From NCBI GenBank assembly GCA_034667685.1, contig JAXDQU010000085.1, positions 1 to 52,670 on the forward strand: DNA of 52,670 bases, given 5' to 3'. The position numbers and the translations under genes were made by a program. The stretch is from Thermoplasmata archaeon (GTDB taxonomy: Archaea > Thermoplasmatota > SW-10-69-26 > JACQPN01 > JAJPHT01). Shown piece after piece: positions 44,216 to 52,670 of the stretch. Every line of letters starts with the position of its first letter. The first letter of the stretch is position 1. The notes under the pieces are model-generated. The model saw nothing but the letters and a program-made list of their open reading frames with translations. It had not been told where the DNA came from and did no database searches.

Positions 44216-46858
44216 TTATCTCGGCACTTGCGCGCGGACCAGCTCCTCTTCCTCGATCTCCGTCACCACGACGTGGCTGCCCTGCCGGCGCGAGGCGCCC
44301 GGGTAGAAGAGCGGCACGAGGAGCGTCGTGGCCACGAAGATGCAGCCGATGGCGAGCGCGGCGGCCAGCGCGCCTTGGCTTGATAGCACGAGCTGCATGG
44401 GCACGAAGAGCAGGAACGCGACGATGGTGGCGATGACGACGTAGAGGTTGGCCTTGCCCGTCGTGCGGTAGACCTCCTCCATGTCGCCCAGCTCGCGGTG
44501 GTTCCAGACGTACTGGATCGCGTAGTCGGAGCCCACGCTGATGAGCATGACCGTGGGCAGCATCAGCGTCATGGATTTCTGGATGCCGAACAGGGGAAGC
44601 AGGCCCAGCCACCAGATGCCCGCGACGACCATCGGCACCATCACCGCGAGCACGTCGCGCGGCTTGCGCAGCACCGCGAGCGCGATGAGGAACGTGAGGC
44701 CGGCCGCGACGTAGCTGACGTAGTCGAGCCACGGGAGGCCGTACTTCACGAAGAGGTAGAACGTGTCCTGCGTGCCCACGAGGTTGACGCCCTTCACGGT
44801 GGCGGGGCGCGTGGGCGCGCCGCCCGTGGGGCACCCGCTGCTGGATTGCTCCTTGTTGCCCACGTCGCAGTTGAGCGCGTCCCAGTCGCCCTGGAGGCCG
44901 GCGTAGTCTTCCTTGTCGATGTGGTAGAAGAAGTGCGTGACCGCGTAGTCGGCGTCGGGCGAGACGAAGAGCGAGACGAGCGGCGACCAGATGGTGCTGT
45001 TGTACATCACCTGGATGTCGTGCTGCACCGCGGCCTTGTCGTGCGGGACGTTGAAGTTCGGGTCGCTCTTGGCTTTCTCGGCGAGGATGCTCGGATTGGT
45101 CAGGCCGTTGCGCAGGTCGTAGTAGGTGCGCAGGCCCAGCATCAGCGAGGCGACGTTGCTCGCCTTCGGCACGTGGACCTTGTCCTTGATGATGTTGTTG
45201 TCCAGGTCCGAGAGATACTGGAGCGTGCTCCAGTCGGCGATGTCGCCCTTGATCACGACGAGCTCCGTGCCCGAGCCGCCCAGCGCGTTGTTGTAGAACT
45301 GATAGCTTTCCTCCAGGTAGTCGCCCTTGCGGAATCCGCCCGAGATGCCGAAGTACTCCTCGAGCTTCGTGCTCTCGTAGAGGAGGGCGCCCGTGAGCGC
45401 GACCGTGACGACGATGACCGCCACGCGGTTGCGGCTGATGCCCCGCGCGACGGCGCCCATGAGGAGGCTGGGCTTGAACGGCTTGGGCTTGACGTTCTTC
45501 CGGCGAAGGCTCTGCGCGGCCGGGATGAACATGATCGAGAGGAAGAAGAGCGCGCCGAAGGCGAACACGCAGAGGAACGCCAGGTCGCGCATGATGTGGA
45601 AGCCCGCGAGGAACATCGCCAGCAGGCCCGCGATCGACGTCACGCTCGCGATGGCGAGGGCGGCGCCGGCGCGGCGGCCCACCATCTTCCACACCTCGTC
45701 CTTGGAGCGCCCGCTCGCGACGTACTCCATGTACTGGTTCGTGACGTAGATGGCGTACTCCTTGCCCACGCCCATCGTGATGGGCACGATGAGCAGGCCG
45801 AAGAACGTCAGCGGGATGTGCATGTACCCCATCAGGCCGTAGGTCCAGACGAGGCCCATGCAGAAGGAGACGAACGCGATGAACATCGAGGTGACGTCGG
45901 TGAACGCGACGACGAGGACGAAGAACGTCGCGACGAACACGATGGGCCCGAACGTCTGGAAGTCGCTCTGCGCCAGCTCCGTGAGGTGGCCGTTGATGGA
46001 CTGGCCCAGGATGTAGGTCTTCGAGCAGTCGAACGCGGGCCCGTTGTTGTTGAGGTTCTTCTGCGCCATGTTGGGGCAGCCGATCGTGCGCCACTCCTCG
46101 GCGGCGTGGACGAAGCGCCCCGCGACGGGCACGACCTTCTCGGGGCCGGCCCTCGTGAGGTTCACGTCGTAGATGAAGACGATGATCGCGCCCGTGAAGT
46201 TCTCGTTGGTCTGCGCGGCGATGACGTCGGGCGCGGCGGCTTCGAGGATGGCGAGGTCCTTGTTGAGCGTCGCGTCGTCGCCGGGCATCGCATAGGCCGA
46301 TTCCTCGGGGGGCTTCACGGGCGGCGCGCTGGGGTTGCAGCCTGCGGGGGCGGGCGCGCCGGGGAGAGGGACCGGAAGCGCGTTGGGCGCGCTGCACGCG
46401 ACCGCGTTGGCCGGGTCGGGCTGGCCCGACTGCGTGTAGTTGATGAGCTTGACGAGGTAGGGCAGGTCGATGACGTAGTGCAGCTCCGGCACGCGCGCCT
46501 GGACGAACTTCGCCGCCTCCTCCGCGGCGCGCACCGAGTTGCCCGACGTGATGTTGTCGCGATGACAGCTCTGGCCTTGCGGCGTCTGGTCGCACACCTT
46601 GGCCTGCGAGACCTCGATCCACATCGTGTCCGCGTTGCGGAAGCCGGGGATCTTGGTGATGGCCTCGCCGTTCGCCACCGCCGAGGGGTGCGAGTCGGGC
46701 ATCAGGTCGTAGTCGGTGGAGCGCACCTGGATCTCGGTGAGGCCGAAGGCGAACGCCAGCGTGATGACCAGGAACACGGCGACGACGGCCTTCGCGTGGC
46801 GGACGCTCCACGTGAAGATGCGCGAGACGCCCTTGCCGATCGCGTGGTCGACGTCCAT
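44216..46858 (-). CDS. MMPL/RND-family transporter
   Basis: Duplicated 1+5 TM layout with two large loops; GVGKEYAIY and VGSDYAIQ; TTTAAG TATA upstream. Confidence 0.92.
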   Translation of the reverse strand: MDVDHAIGKGVSRIFTWSVRHAKAVVAVFLVITLAFAFGLTEIQVRSTDYDLMPDSHPSAVANGEAITKIPGFRNADTMWIEVSQAKVCDQTPQGQSCHRDNITSGNSVRAAEEAAKFVQARVPELHYVIDLPYLVKLINYTQSGQPDPANAVACSAPNALPVPLPGAPAPAGCNPSAPPVKPPEESAYAMPGDDATLNKDLAILEAAAPDVIAAQTNENFTGAIIVFIYDVNLTRAGPEKVVPVAGRFVHAAEEWRTIGCPNMAQKNLNNNGPAFDCSKTYILGQSINGHLTELAQSDFQTFGPIVFVATFFVLVVAFTDVTSMFIAFVSFCMGLVWTYGLMGYMHIPLTFFGLLIVPITMGVGKEYAIYVTNQYMEYVASGRSKDEVWKMVGRRAGAALAIASVTSIAGLLAMFLAGFHIMRDLAFLCVFAFGALFFLSIMFIPAAQSLRRKNVKPKPFKPSLLMGAVARGISRNRVAVIVVTVALTGALLYESTKLEEYFGISGGFRKGDYLEESYQFYNNALGGSGTELVVIKGDIADWSTLQYLSDLDNNIIKDKVHVPKASNVASLMLGLRTYYDLRNGLTNPSILAEKAKSDPNFNVPHDKAAVQHDIQVMYNSTIWSPLVSLFVSPDADYAVTHFFYHIDKEDYAGLQGDWDALNCDVGNKEQSSSGCPTGGAPTRPATVKGVNLVGTQDTFYLFVKYGLPWLDYVSYVAAGLTFLIALAVLRKPRDVLAVMVPMVVAGIWWLGLLPLFGIQKSMTLMLPTVMLISVGSDYAIQYVWNHRELGDMEEVYRTTGKANLYVVIATIVAFLLFVPMQLVLSSQGALAAALAIGCIFVATTLLVPLFYPGASRRQGSHVVVTEIEEEELVRAQVPR

Positions 46859-46932
46859 GCTCCCGCCCACCGCCGACGAGCGCCAGGTGCCTTAAAGGTA
46901 GATGGGCGCGCGGGGCGGCGGCGCGACGTCGC

Positions 46933-47020
46933 GGGGCTCAGGGCTCTGGACTCCGGGCTCGGGGCTCTGGATTCGGTCCTAGGGGGAGCCCTGAGTCCCG
47001 AGTCCAGAGCCGTGAGCCCC
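46933..47020. repeat. Tandem-inverted element of 7-bp NGG[GA]CTC units (copy 2)
   Basis: Six forward units 46933-46974 and five reverse units 46986-47020; right arm lies inside the Nudix 3' end. Confidence 0.85.
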
Positions 47021-47470
47021 GAACACCGCGCGCAGGCTCGCCCGATCGCTCTCCCACGTCAGCGTCGCGAGCGCCGTCGCCGCATCGGCCCAGCGCCCCT
47101 CCTCGTGCTCGGGCGTGTGGAGCGGCGGCGCCGCGTCGGCGTACCGCGCCGCGAACGCGCGCTGGCGGTACGTCACCCCGTCGTAGCCCACGAAGCTCGA
47201 CTCCGCCCCGAGGTCGCGCAGCTCGGCCGGAAGCCCCAGCCCCGTCTCCTCGTGGATCTCGCGCAGGCACGCGCGCGCCAGCGTGGGGATCTCCGGCGTG
47301 GCAGGGGCGCCCACGAGGCACGCGGGGAAAGGCCCCTCGGCGTCCGACGGCTCGACGCGCCCCGTGACAGACTGCCAGCCCGCGGCGCGGGAGGCGGGGC
47401 GGCGCAGCAGCAGGACGCGCGCCGGGTCCGCGCACCAGACCAGGCAACTGACCAACCGCCGCTCGGGCAC
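46979..47470 (-). CDS. Nudix hydrolase (NudB-like)
   Basis: VLLLRR, WQSVTG, LREIHEETGL, EH..GRW, WES. Confidence 0.85.
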   Translation of the reverse strand: MPERRLVSCLVWCADPARVLLLRRPASRAAGWQSVTGRVEPSDAEGPFPACLVGAPATPEIPTLARACLREIHEETGLGLPAELRDLGAESSFVGYDGVTYRQRAFAARYADAAPPLHTPEHEEGRWADAATALATLTWESDRASLRAVFGAHGSGLGTQGSP

Positions 47471-47524
47471 GCGCTGCGGATCGTTTGCAAACGGTTAAGG
47501 CCGCCGCGCCGGGATGGAGCGCGC

Positions 47525-49021
47525 ATGCCCTGGAGCCTCCTGGCCGGCACGTCGCGCCTTCACCGCGCGCCCGCCCGGCCCGGAGGGCTCGCGGACGAAA
47601 GCGGCCCAGGCCTCACGCGCCGCGCGCGCGCCCTCGCGTGGGTCGGCGGCGCCGCGACGGTCTGGGCGCTCGCCGCGCTCCTCGCCCACGCGCCCCCGCT
47701 CCCCTGGCTCTCGTTCCCGCTGGGCGCCGTCGCGCTCGCGCTGGGCGTGCTGGGCCATGGCCGCGTGACGCTCACGCTCGCCGGCGTCGCCGCCACCGCC
47801 GCGCTCGCCTTCGCGCTCGCGCCGCTCCCGCTGGCGCCCGCGGGCTGGGCCGGCTGGGCCCTCCCGATCGCCGTCGCAATGCTATCACCCCTCGTCGCAG
47901 GCCTGCGCCTGGCCGCGCTGGAGCGCGCCTTCGACGCCAGCGGCCGCCGCGCCTCGTGGAGCACCGTCGCGCGCCTCGCGCTCGCCTGGAAGCGCCTCCC
48001 CCTCGCCTTCGCGCGCGGCCTCTCGCTGGCCGGCGTCGCGCTCCTCGACCTCGCCACGGCCCCGCTCGCGCCGCGCGACCGCCTCCACGCCGAAGCGGAC
48101 CTCGACGCGCTGGCCGCCGCCCTCGCGCAGGCCGGCGCCACCACCGAGCCGATGGGCCGCGGGCTCCTCGTGCGGCTCGACGCCGCCGCGCCCTCGGTCC
48201 GGCTGCGCCCGCGCCGCGCGCCCTTCCCCTTCCTCGCGCGCGATTCGCACCTGGAGATCCGCGGCGACGCGACCCAGGCCCGCAAGCTCCGCGCGCTCCT
48301 CGAAGGCCCCTGCTGCCACGCGGTCGTCTTCGCGTGGTCCGACGCGGGCGTGCGGCTGGAGCGCCGCCTCAACGCGATGCTCCGCGAGGCGCAGGTCGCC
48401 CAGACGCTGGAGGAGCGCAGCCTGCTCATGGAGGAGGCCAACCGCCTCGCCCACGCGCTCGTGGAGCGCGACCTGAACGCCGAGGAGCACACGATCCTCG
48501 CCACCATGAAGGGACAGCGCGTGCGCGGCCTCCTCGCCACCAAGATGCTATCAGAGCCCCCCGGCTCGCGCGTCGAGGGGCGCGTCGTCGCCCCCGCCGC
48601 CGCGATGGCCCCGCCGCTGGCGCGCGTCCTCGACGCCGGCGGCCTCGCCGCGGTGCGGCGCCTCGTCTTCGTCCCGCACTGGGTCGTCCCGCTCGCGACG
48701 CCCTGGGGCGAGTCGGAGGTCCTCGTCAACGCGCTCACCGGCAAGGCCGAGCCCGACGGCGACGCGCTCCTCGCCGCCATGCGCCGCCGCGCCCCCTCGC
48801 ACTTCCTCGACGCCGGCAGCAACGCGCAGTTCCTCCCCGCGCCCGCCCCCACCGCCGCGCTCCTGCGCGAGCTGCGCGGCCGCGGCGCGCTGGAGATGAC
48901 GCCCGCCGCGCTCGAATTGGTCTACGTGCCCTTCGTCGGCTCGAACGAAGGCTACGTCAACGCCGTCACGGGCGGCGCCGCGCCGGACCTCGGCCCCGCG
49001 CTCGCGGCGCCCGCCGCTTGA
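47525..49021 (+). CDS. Hypothetical membrane protein
   Basis: Four N-terminal TM; two repeats of a (Y/F)VP(H/F)..VNA(L/V)TG motif; GTTAAG TATA upstream. Confidence 0.75.
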   Translation: MPWSLLAGTSRLHRAPARPGGLADESGPGLTRRARALAWVGGAATVWALAALLAHAPPLPWLSFPLGAVALALGVLGHGRVTLTLAGVAATAALAFALAPLPLAPAGWAGWALPIAVAMLSPLVAGLRLAALERAFDASGRRASWSTVARLALAWKRLPLAFARGLSLAGVALLDLATAPLAPRDRLHAEADLDALAAALAQAGATTEPMGRGLLVRLDAAAPSVRLRPRRAPFPFLARDSHLEIRGDATQARKLRALLEGPCCHAVVFAWSDAGVRLERRLNAMLREAQVAQTLEERSLLMEEANRLAHALVERDLNAEEHTILATMKGQRVRGLLATKMLSEPPGSRVEGRVVAPAAAMAPPLARVLDAGGLAAVRRLVFVPHWVVPLATPWGESEVLVNALTGKAEPDGDALLAAMRRRAPSHFLDAGSNAQFLPAPAPTAALLRELRGRGALEMTPAALELVYVPFVGSNEGYVNAVTGGAAPDLGPALAAPAA

Positions 49022-49022
49022 G

Positions 49023-49214
49023 ACGTTCGCTGGACGTGCAACGTGCGCCGTGAACGTGCGACGTGAACGTTGAACGTGAGTCGTGAACGAGAACGTGAAC
49101 GACCGCCTTGGCTAGATCTGGCCAGATCTAGCTGAGGCGCGCCGGCGTCCGGCCGTTCACGTTCTCGTTCACGTTCACGGCGTTCGTTCCGCGTTCACGT
49201 TACACGTTACACGT
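49023..49214. repeat. Tandem-inverted element of 6-bp GTGAAC units around a perfect 22-bp palindrome
   Basis: GTGAACGAGAACGTGAACG (49083-49101) pairs with 49154-49172; GCTAGATCTGGCCAGATCTAGC at 49111-49132. Confidence 0.88.
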
Positions 49215-49368
49215 CGCGCGGCGCTCGCGCTGCCGTCGGGCCCCAAGTTCCCCTGGGCCTCGGCCCTGCGAATCTTAGCGTTGGCTCGCCCAAGCTCGCT
49301 TCGCAGCCGCGTGTCCTCGCTCGCGCTGCCAATCGATGCGCAGAAAGCCAATCCGGCCGGGTGTTCGC

Positions 49369-51291
49369 TCATCCGGCCGGGTGGCTCGCGATCCAGGCCT
49401 GGAGCCGCTCGACGAGCAGCGCGGAGAGCTCCTGGCCGCTCACCTTGCCCTTGTGGCGCGCCATGATCGGGCCCATCAGCGGGCCTTGCGCGCGCAGCCC
49501 CTGCTTCGCGACGAGCGCGGCATTCTTGGCGATCTCCCCGTCGATCTCGTGGCGCAGCGCGTCCTTGTCGAGCCCGCCCAGGCCCAGCGCCTGCGCGGCC
49601 TGCTGCGCGCCGATCTCCTGGCGCGCCATGGCCTCGACCACCGCGGGCAGCGCCTCCTTGGCGAACGCCCCTTCCTTGAGGCGCAGCATCGCGTCGAGCA
49701 GGCGCTCCTGCGTGAGGCGCGCCTCGGGCACTCCCTTGGCGAGAAGCTCGGGGAGGGTTGATAGCAAAAGGCGCGCGGCCTCCTTCTGCAGGCCCGTGGC
49801 CTTGACGAGCGCCTCGAACTCGCGGTCCATCTCGCCGCGCACGAGCTGGCCGATCTGCTCCTGGGAAAGCTCGGCGTAGGTCTTCGGGAAGCGCGCGAGC
49901 TTCTGGTCCATCGTCTCGGGCATGTGCGCCCGGATGCGGGCCACGGTCTTCGCGTCGATGCGCAGGGGCGGCACGTCCGTCTCGGGGTACATGCGCGCGC
50001 CGCCGGGGAGCGGGCGCAGGTAGCGCGAGGTGCCGTCGGGGTTGAGGTCGCGCGTCTCCTCGGGGACGCCTTCGAGCAGCGCGGCGGCGCGGGCGAGCAC
50101 GGCGTCGAGCGCGGCGCGCGCCACGTCGCGCTTCTCCACCACGAGCGCGAAGGCGTCCTTCGGCCCGCAGCCGAGGCGTTGGCGCGCGGCGTCGGCCTCG
50201 ACCTGCGCGATGCCGTAGGCGGGAAGCTCGTCGCTGTGGAAGATGCCCTTGACGCCGGCCTTCGTCTTGGCGTAGTCGGCCAATTCGCGGCCCACGCGCG
50301 GCGGAGGCATCGGCGCGTCCGTCTTCTTCCCGAGCAGGCCCGCGAGGAAGGGGAGCCGGACGCCGTGGACGCCGCCGCCGGAGGCGATGGCGCTCGCGAT
50401 CGTCTTGGCGCCGCTCGCGCGGAAGTCCTCGGTGAGGTCGACGACGGGCTGCTGATAGCTTTCAGGCGCCGCTCCCAGGGCGCGAAGCGACTCGCGCATC
50501 TCCACCAGGTGAGCCTGTCTCGCCACTTCCCACTCGATGGCGGGCTCGATGAGGCGAAGCTCCTGGACGCCCTTGATCTCGACGCGGGCGCCCTCGCGGA
50601 TGCTGACGTTGACGTCCTGGCGGATCGTGCCGATGCCGCGCTTCGCCTTGCCCGTGGCGCGCAGGGCGCTGCCGATGGCGAGGGCGACCTCGCGGGCGTG
50701 GCTCGGAGATTTGATATCAGGCTCGGTGGCGATCTCCACGAGGGGGATGCCGAGGCGGTCGAGGCGGTAGCGCTGGAGGTTGCCCACGCGGTCGAGCCGG
50801 CGCGCGCTGTCCTCCTCCAGGCAGAAGGTGGCCATGCGGACCGCGCCCTCCTTCGCGTCGACGTGCCCGCGTGTGGCGAGGAGGCTCGTGCGCTGGAAGC
50901 CCGACGTGTTGCTGCCGTCCACGACGATCTTGCGCATGATGTGCACCTCGTCGACCGGCGTCGCGTGGAGCAGGAGCGCCATCTGGAGCGCGGCCTCCAG
51001 CGCCTCGGGCGTCATGGCGTGCGGGGGCTCCTCGTCCATCTCGACGAGGCACGCGCTCGCGCGGTCGCCCAGGTACTCGAAGCGCAGCGACTTGCGCGCC
51101 TCCTCCAGCGCGGCGCGGTCGACCTCGCCCAGCTCGCTCGCGGTGGGGTGGAGCAGCCGGCGGAACGTGACGTCGGCGTGCTCCGCATCGTCGAGGCGCG
51201 AGGGGCAGCAGCAGAAGAGCTTGGGCGTGTCGAGCTGCTGGTGGATCTCCAGCCCGGCCTTGAAGCCCAACGCGGCGTAGTCGAGCGTCAC
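49369..51291 (-). CDS. gatE: Glu-tRNA(Gln) amidotransferase subunit E
   Basis: GLEIHQQL, DEEPPH, MRKIVVDGSNTSGFQRT, LEEDSAR, LDRLGIPLVEI, GTIRQDVNVSI, HSDELPAYG, ARMYPETD. Confidence 0.98.
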   Translation of the reverse strand: MTLDYAALGFKAGLEIHQQLDTPKLFCCCPSRLDDAEHADVTFRRLLHPTASELGEVDRAALEEARKSLRFEYLGDRASACLVEMDEEPPHAMTPEALEAALQMALLLHATPVDEVHIMRKIVVDGSNTSGFQRTSLLATRGHVDAKEGAVRMATFCLEEDSARRLDRVGNLQRYRLDRLGIPLVEIATEPDIKSPSHAREVALAIGSALRATGKAKRGIGTIRQDVNVSIREGARVEIKGVQELRLIEPAIEWEVARQAHLVEMRESLRALGAAPESYQQPVVDLTEDFRASGAKTIASAIASGGGVHGVRLPFLAGLLGKKTDAPMPPPRVGRELADYAKTKAGVKGIFHSDELPAYGIAQVEADAARQRLGCGPKDAFALVVEKRDVARAALDAVLARAAALLEGVPEETRDLNPDGTSRYLRPLPGGARMYPETDVPPLRIDAKTVARIRAHMPETMDQKLARFPKTYAELSQEQIGQLVRGEMDREFEALVKATGLQKEAARLLLSTLPELLAKGVPEARLTQERLLDAMLRLKEGAFAKEALPAVVEAMARQEIGAQQAAQALGLGGLDKDALRHEIDGEIAKNAALVAKQGLRAQGPLMGPIMARHKGKVSGQELSALLVERLQAWIASHPAG

Positions 51292-52607
51292 GGCGCGTCG
51301 CCTCCGAACTCGTTCACGTCGGAGCGCGGCTCGATCTCGCCCGCCAGCGGCGTCAGGAAGAGCCGCTCCGCCTCCTCGCGCGTCTTGGCGTGGGCGAGCA
51401 CCCACATCGCCTTGACGTACGCGACCTCGGGCAGCATGTCCTCGCACGGGATCGCGCCGAGGCGCTGAAGGTCGCGGCCCGTGGCGTACACGTTCATGTT
51501 GACGCGGCCGTGCAGGCATTGGCTCGCCATGACGACGAACTTGCCCTCGCGACGCAGCTTCTCCAGCGCCGGGAAGGTGCGCTTCGCCACGTGGCCCAGG
51601 CCCGTGCCCACGAGCACGACGCCGTCGAGGACGACGCTCTCGATGTGCTCCGGCCAAAGGCCCGGGTAGCTCTGGATCATGGCGACGCGCTCGTTCATCG
51701 CGTCGTCGACCTTGACGCCGCCCGGCGTGGCCTTCCGGTGCGGCTCGGGGAGCGAGACCTTGGGCGCGTTGCCCTCGAAGTCGACGCGCCCCAGGGGAAG
51801 CGCGTTGATCGACTCGAACGCGTCGCGGCGGCTGGTGTGCATCTTGCGGACGCGCGTGCCGCGGTGGACGAGGCAGTGGTCGTCGTCCGTCGCGCCGTGC
51901 ATCACCACGACGACCTCGCCCAGGTCGGTCTGCGCGGCGACCGCGACGGCGGCGTGCAGGTTCATGCTGGCGTCGGAGGAGGGGCGGTCGCTGCTGCGCT
52001 GCGCGCCCACGAGGACGACGGGGCCGGGCAGGTCGCGCAGGAAGAAGGCGAGCGCGGCCGCGGTGAACTGCATGGTGTCGGTGCCGTGCGTCACGACGAC
52101 GCCGTGCGCGCCCGCGTCGAACTCGGCCTTGACCTCGCGCGCGATGCGCTGCCAGTGCTCGGGCTGCAGGTCCTCCGAGAACATGCTGAACACGATGCGC
52201 GTGCGGAGGCTCGCGGTCTTCGCCAGCTCCGGCACCGCGCCGGCCAATTCCTCGGGGCTCGTGACCGGATGCACGGCGCCCGTGCGGTAGTCGACGTAGC
52301 TCGCGATCGTGCCGCCCGTCGCCAGGATGCTGACCTTCGGCAACGCGTTCGAGGCGTGCGGGGCCCTGGGCGCCTTCTGGCGGGCCGGCACCTTCCGCGC
52401 GAGCGCAATGCTGGCGCCTTCGACCGCGACGCCCACGTTGTAGCCGCTGCCGAGCTTGAGCGTCAGCACGCCCTCGCCGCTGAAGGCGTGGTGCTCCATG
52501 ACCAGCCCCTTCCAGACGCGCCCGTCCGTGGCGCGCACCTCGACCTCGTCGCCAAGCTCGGCGCCGGCCTGCCGAAGGAGCTTCGCCACGGGCTCCGGAT
52601 ACTCCAT
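51288..52607 (-). CDS. gatD: Glu-tRNA(Gln) amidotransferase subunit D
   Basis: KLGSGYNVG, TGGTIASYVDYRTGAV, HGTDTM, GAQRSSDRPSSD, KMHTSRRDAF, GTGLGH. Confidence 0.98.
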   Translation of the reverse strand: MEYPEPVAKLLRQAGAELGDEVEVRATDGRVWKGLVMEHHAFSGEGVLTLKLGSGYNVGVAVEGASIALARKVPARQKAPRAPHASNALPKVSILATGGTIASYVDYRTGAVHPVTSPEELAGAVPELAKTASLRTRIVFSMFSEDLQPEHWQRIAREVKAEFDAGAHGVVVTHGTDTMQFTAAALAFFLRDLPGPVVLVGAQRSSDRPSSDASMNLHAAVAVAAQTDLGEVVVVMHGATDDDHCLVHRGTRVRKMHTSRRDAFESINALPLGRVDFEGNAPKVSLPEPHRKATPGGVKVDDAMNERVAMIQSYPGLWPEHIESVVLDGVVLVGTGLGHVAKRTFPALEKLRREGKFVVMASQCLHGRVNMNVYATGRDLQRLGAIPCEDMLPEVAYVKAMWVLAHAKTREEAERLFLTPLAGEIEPRSDVNEFGGDAP

Positions 52608-52670
52608 GCTGGCGCGCACGCCGGGGTGCGGGAAAAAGGTTCGGGGGCGCAACCCCAAGGGAAGCGAGGG

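Noticed and set aside
1-52670. tRNA, rRNA, SRP or RNase P RNA, transposase or integrase
   Set aside because: No T-loop or other consensus and no DDE, HUH or tyrosine-recombinase motifs seen by eye; a covariance-model scan would be needed to exclude them.

Overview
High-GC (roughly 70% by eye) archaeal chromosomal segment. gatD-gatE, an archaeal-type SHMT, a TrmB regulator, a COG1340-like coiled-coil protein, TATA-like promoters and many lipobox proteins point to an archaeon; Thermoplasmatota is my inference. Core genes: aldehyde dehydrogenase, a Cache-HAMP-PAS-GAF histidine kinase with response regulator, glyA, two cyclophilin lipoproteins (one fused to an FKBP domain), a complete trpEGDCFBA operon, an orphan LeuC-type large subunit, a heme-copper oxidase operon (III-II-I-small subunit), GAPN, PadR/RDD, an MMPL transporter, a Nudix hydrolase and gatDE. 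No rRNA, tRNA, CRISPR array or transposase was recognised. Best leads: (1) two adjacent secreted proteins share the C-terminal motif GGPGCAPTC, with only synonymous DNA differences, directly upstream of a multi-TM Ser/Thr kinase and a TrmB-PAS regulator, suggesting a peptide-ligand/receptor-kinase system; (2) a dispersed motif WGCTATC(A) recurs at least 29 times in several reading frames and forces rare codons; (3) one 8-4-8 palindrome brackets a convergent two-gene cassette; (4) the A1-type oxidase lacks K-channel and Mg-site residues; (5) about ten intergenic tandem-inverted-repeat elements with 6-9 bp units. Counts and alignments were done by eye; no database was searched.
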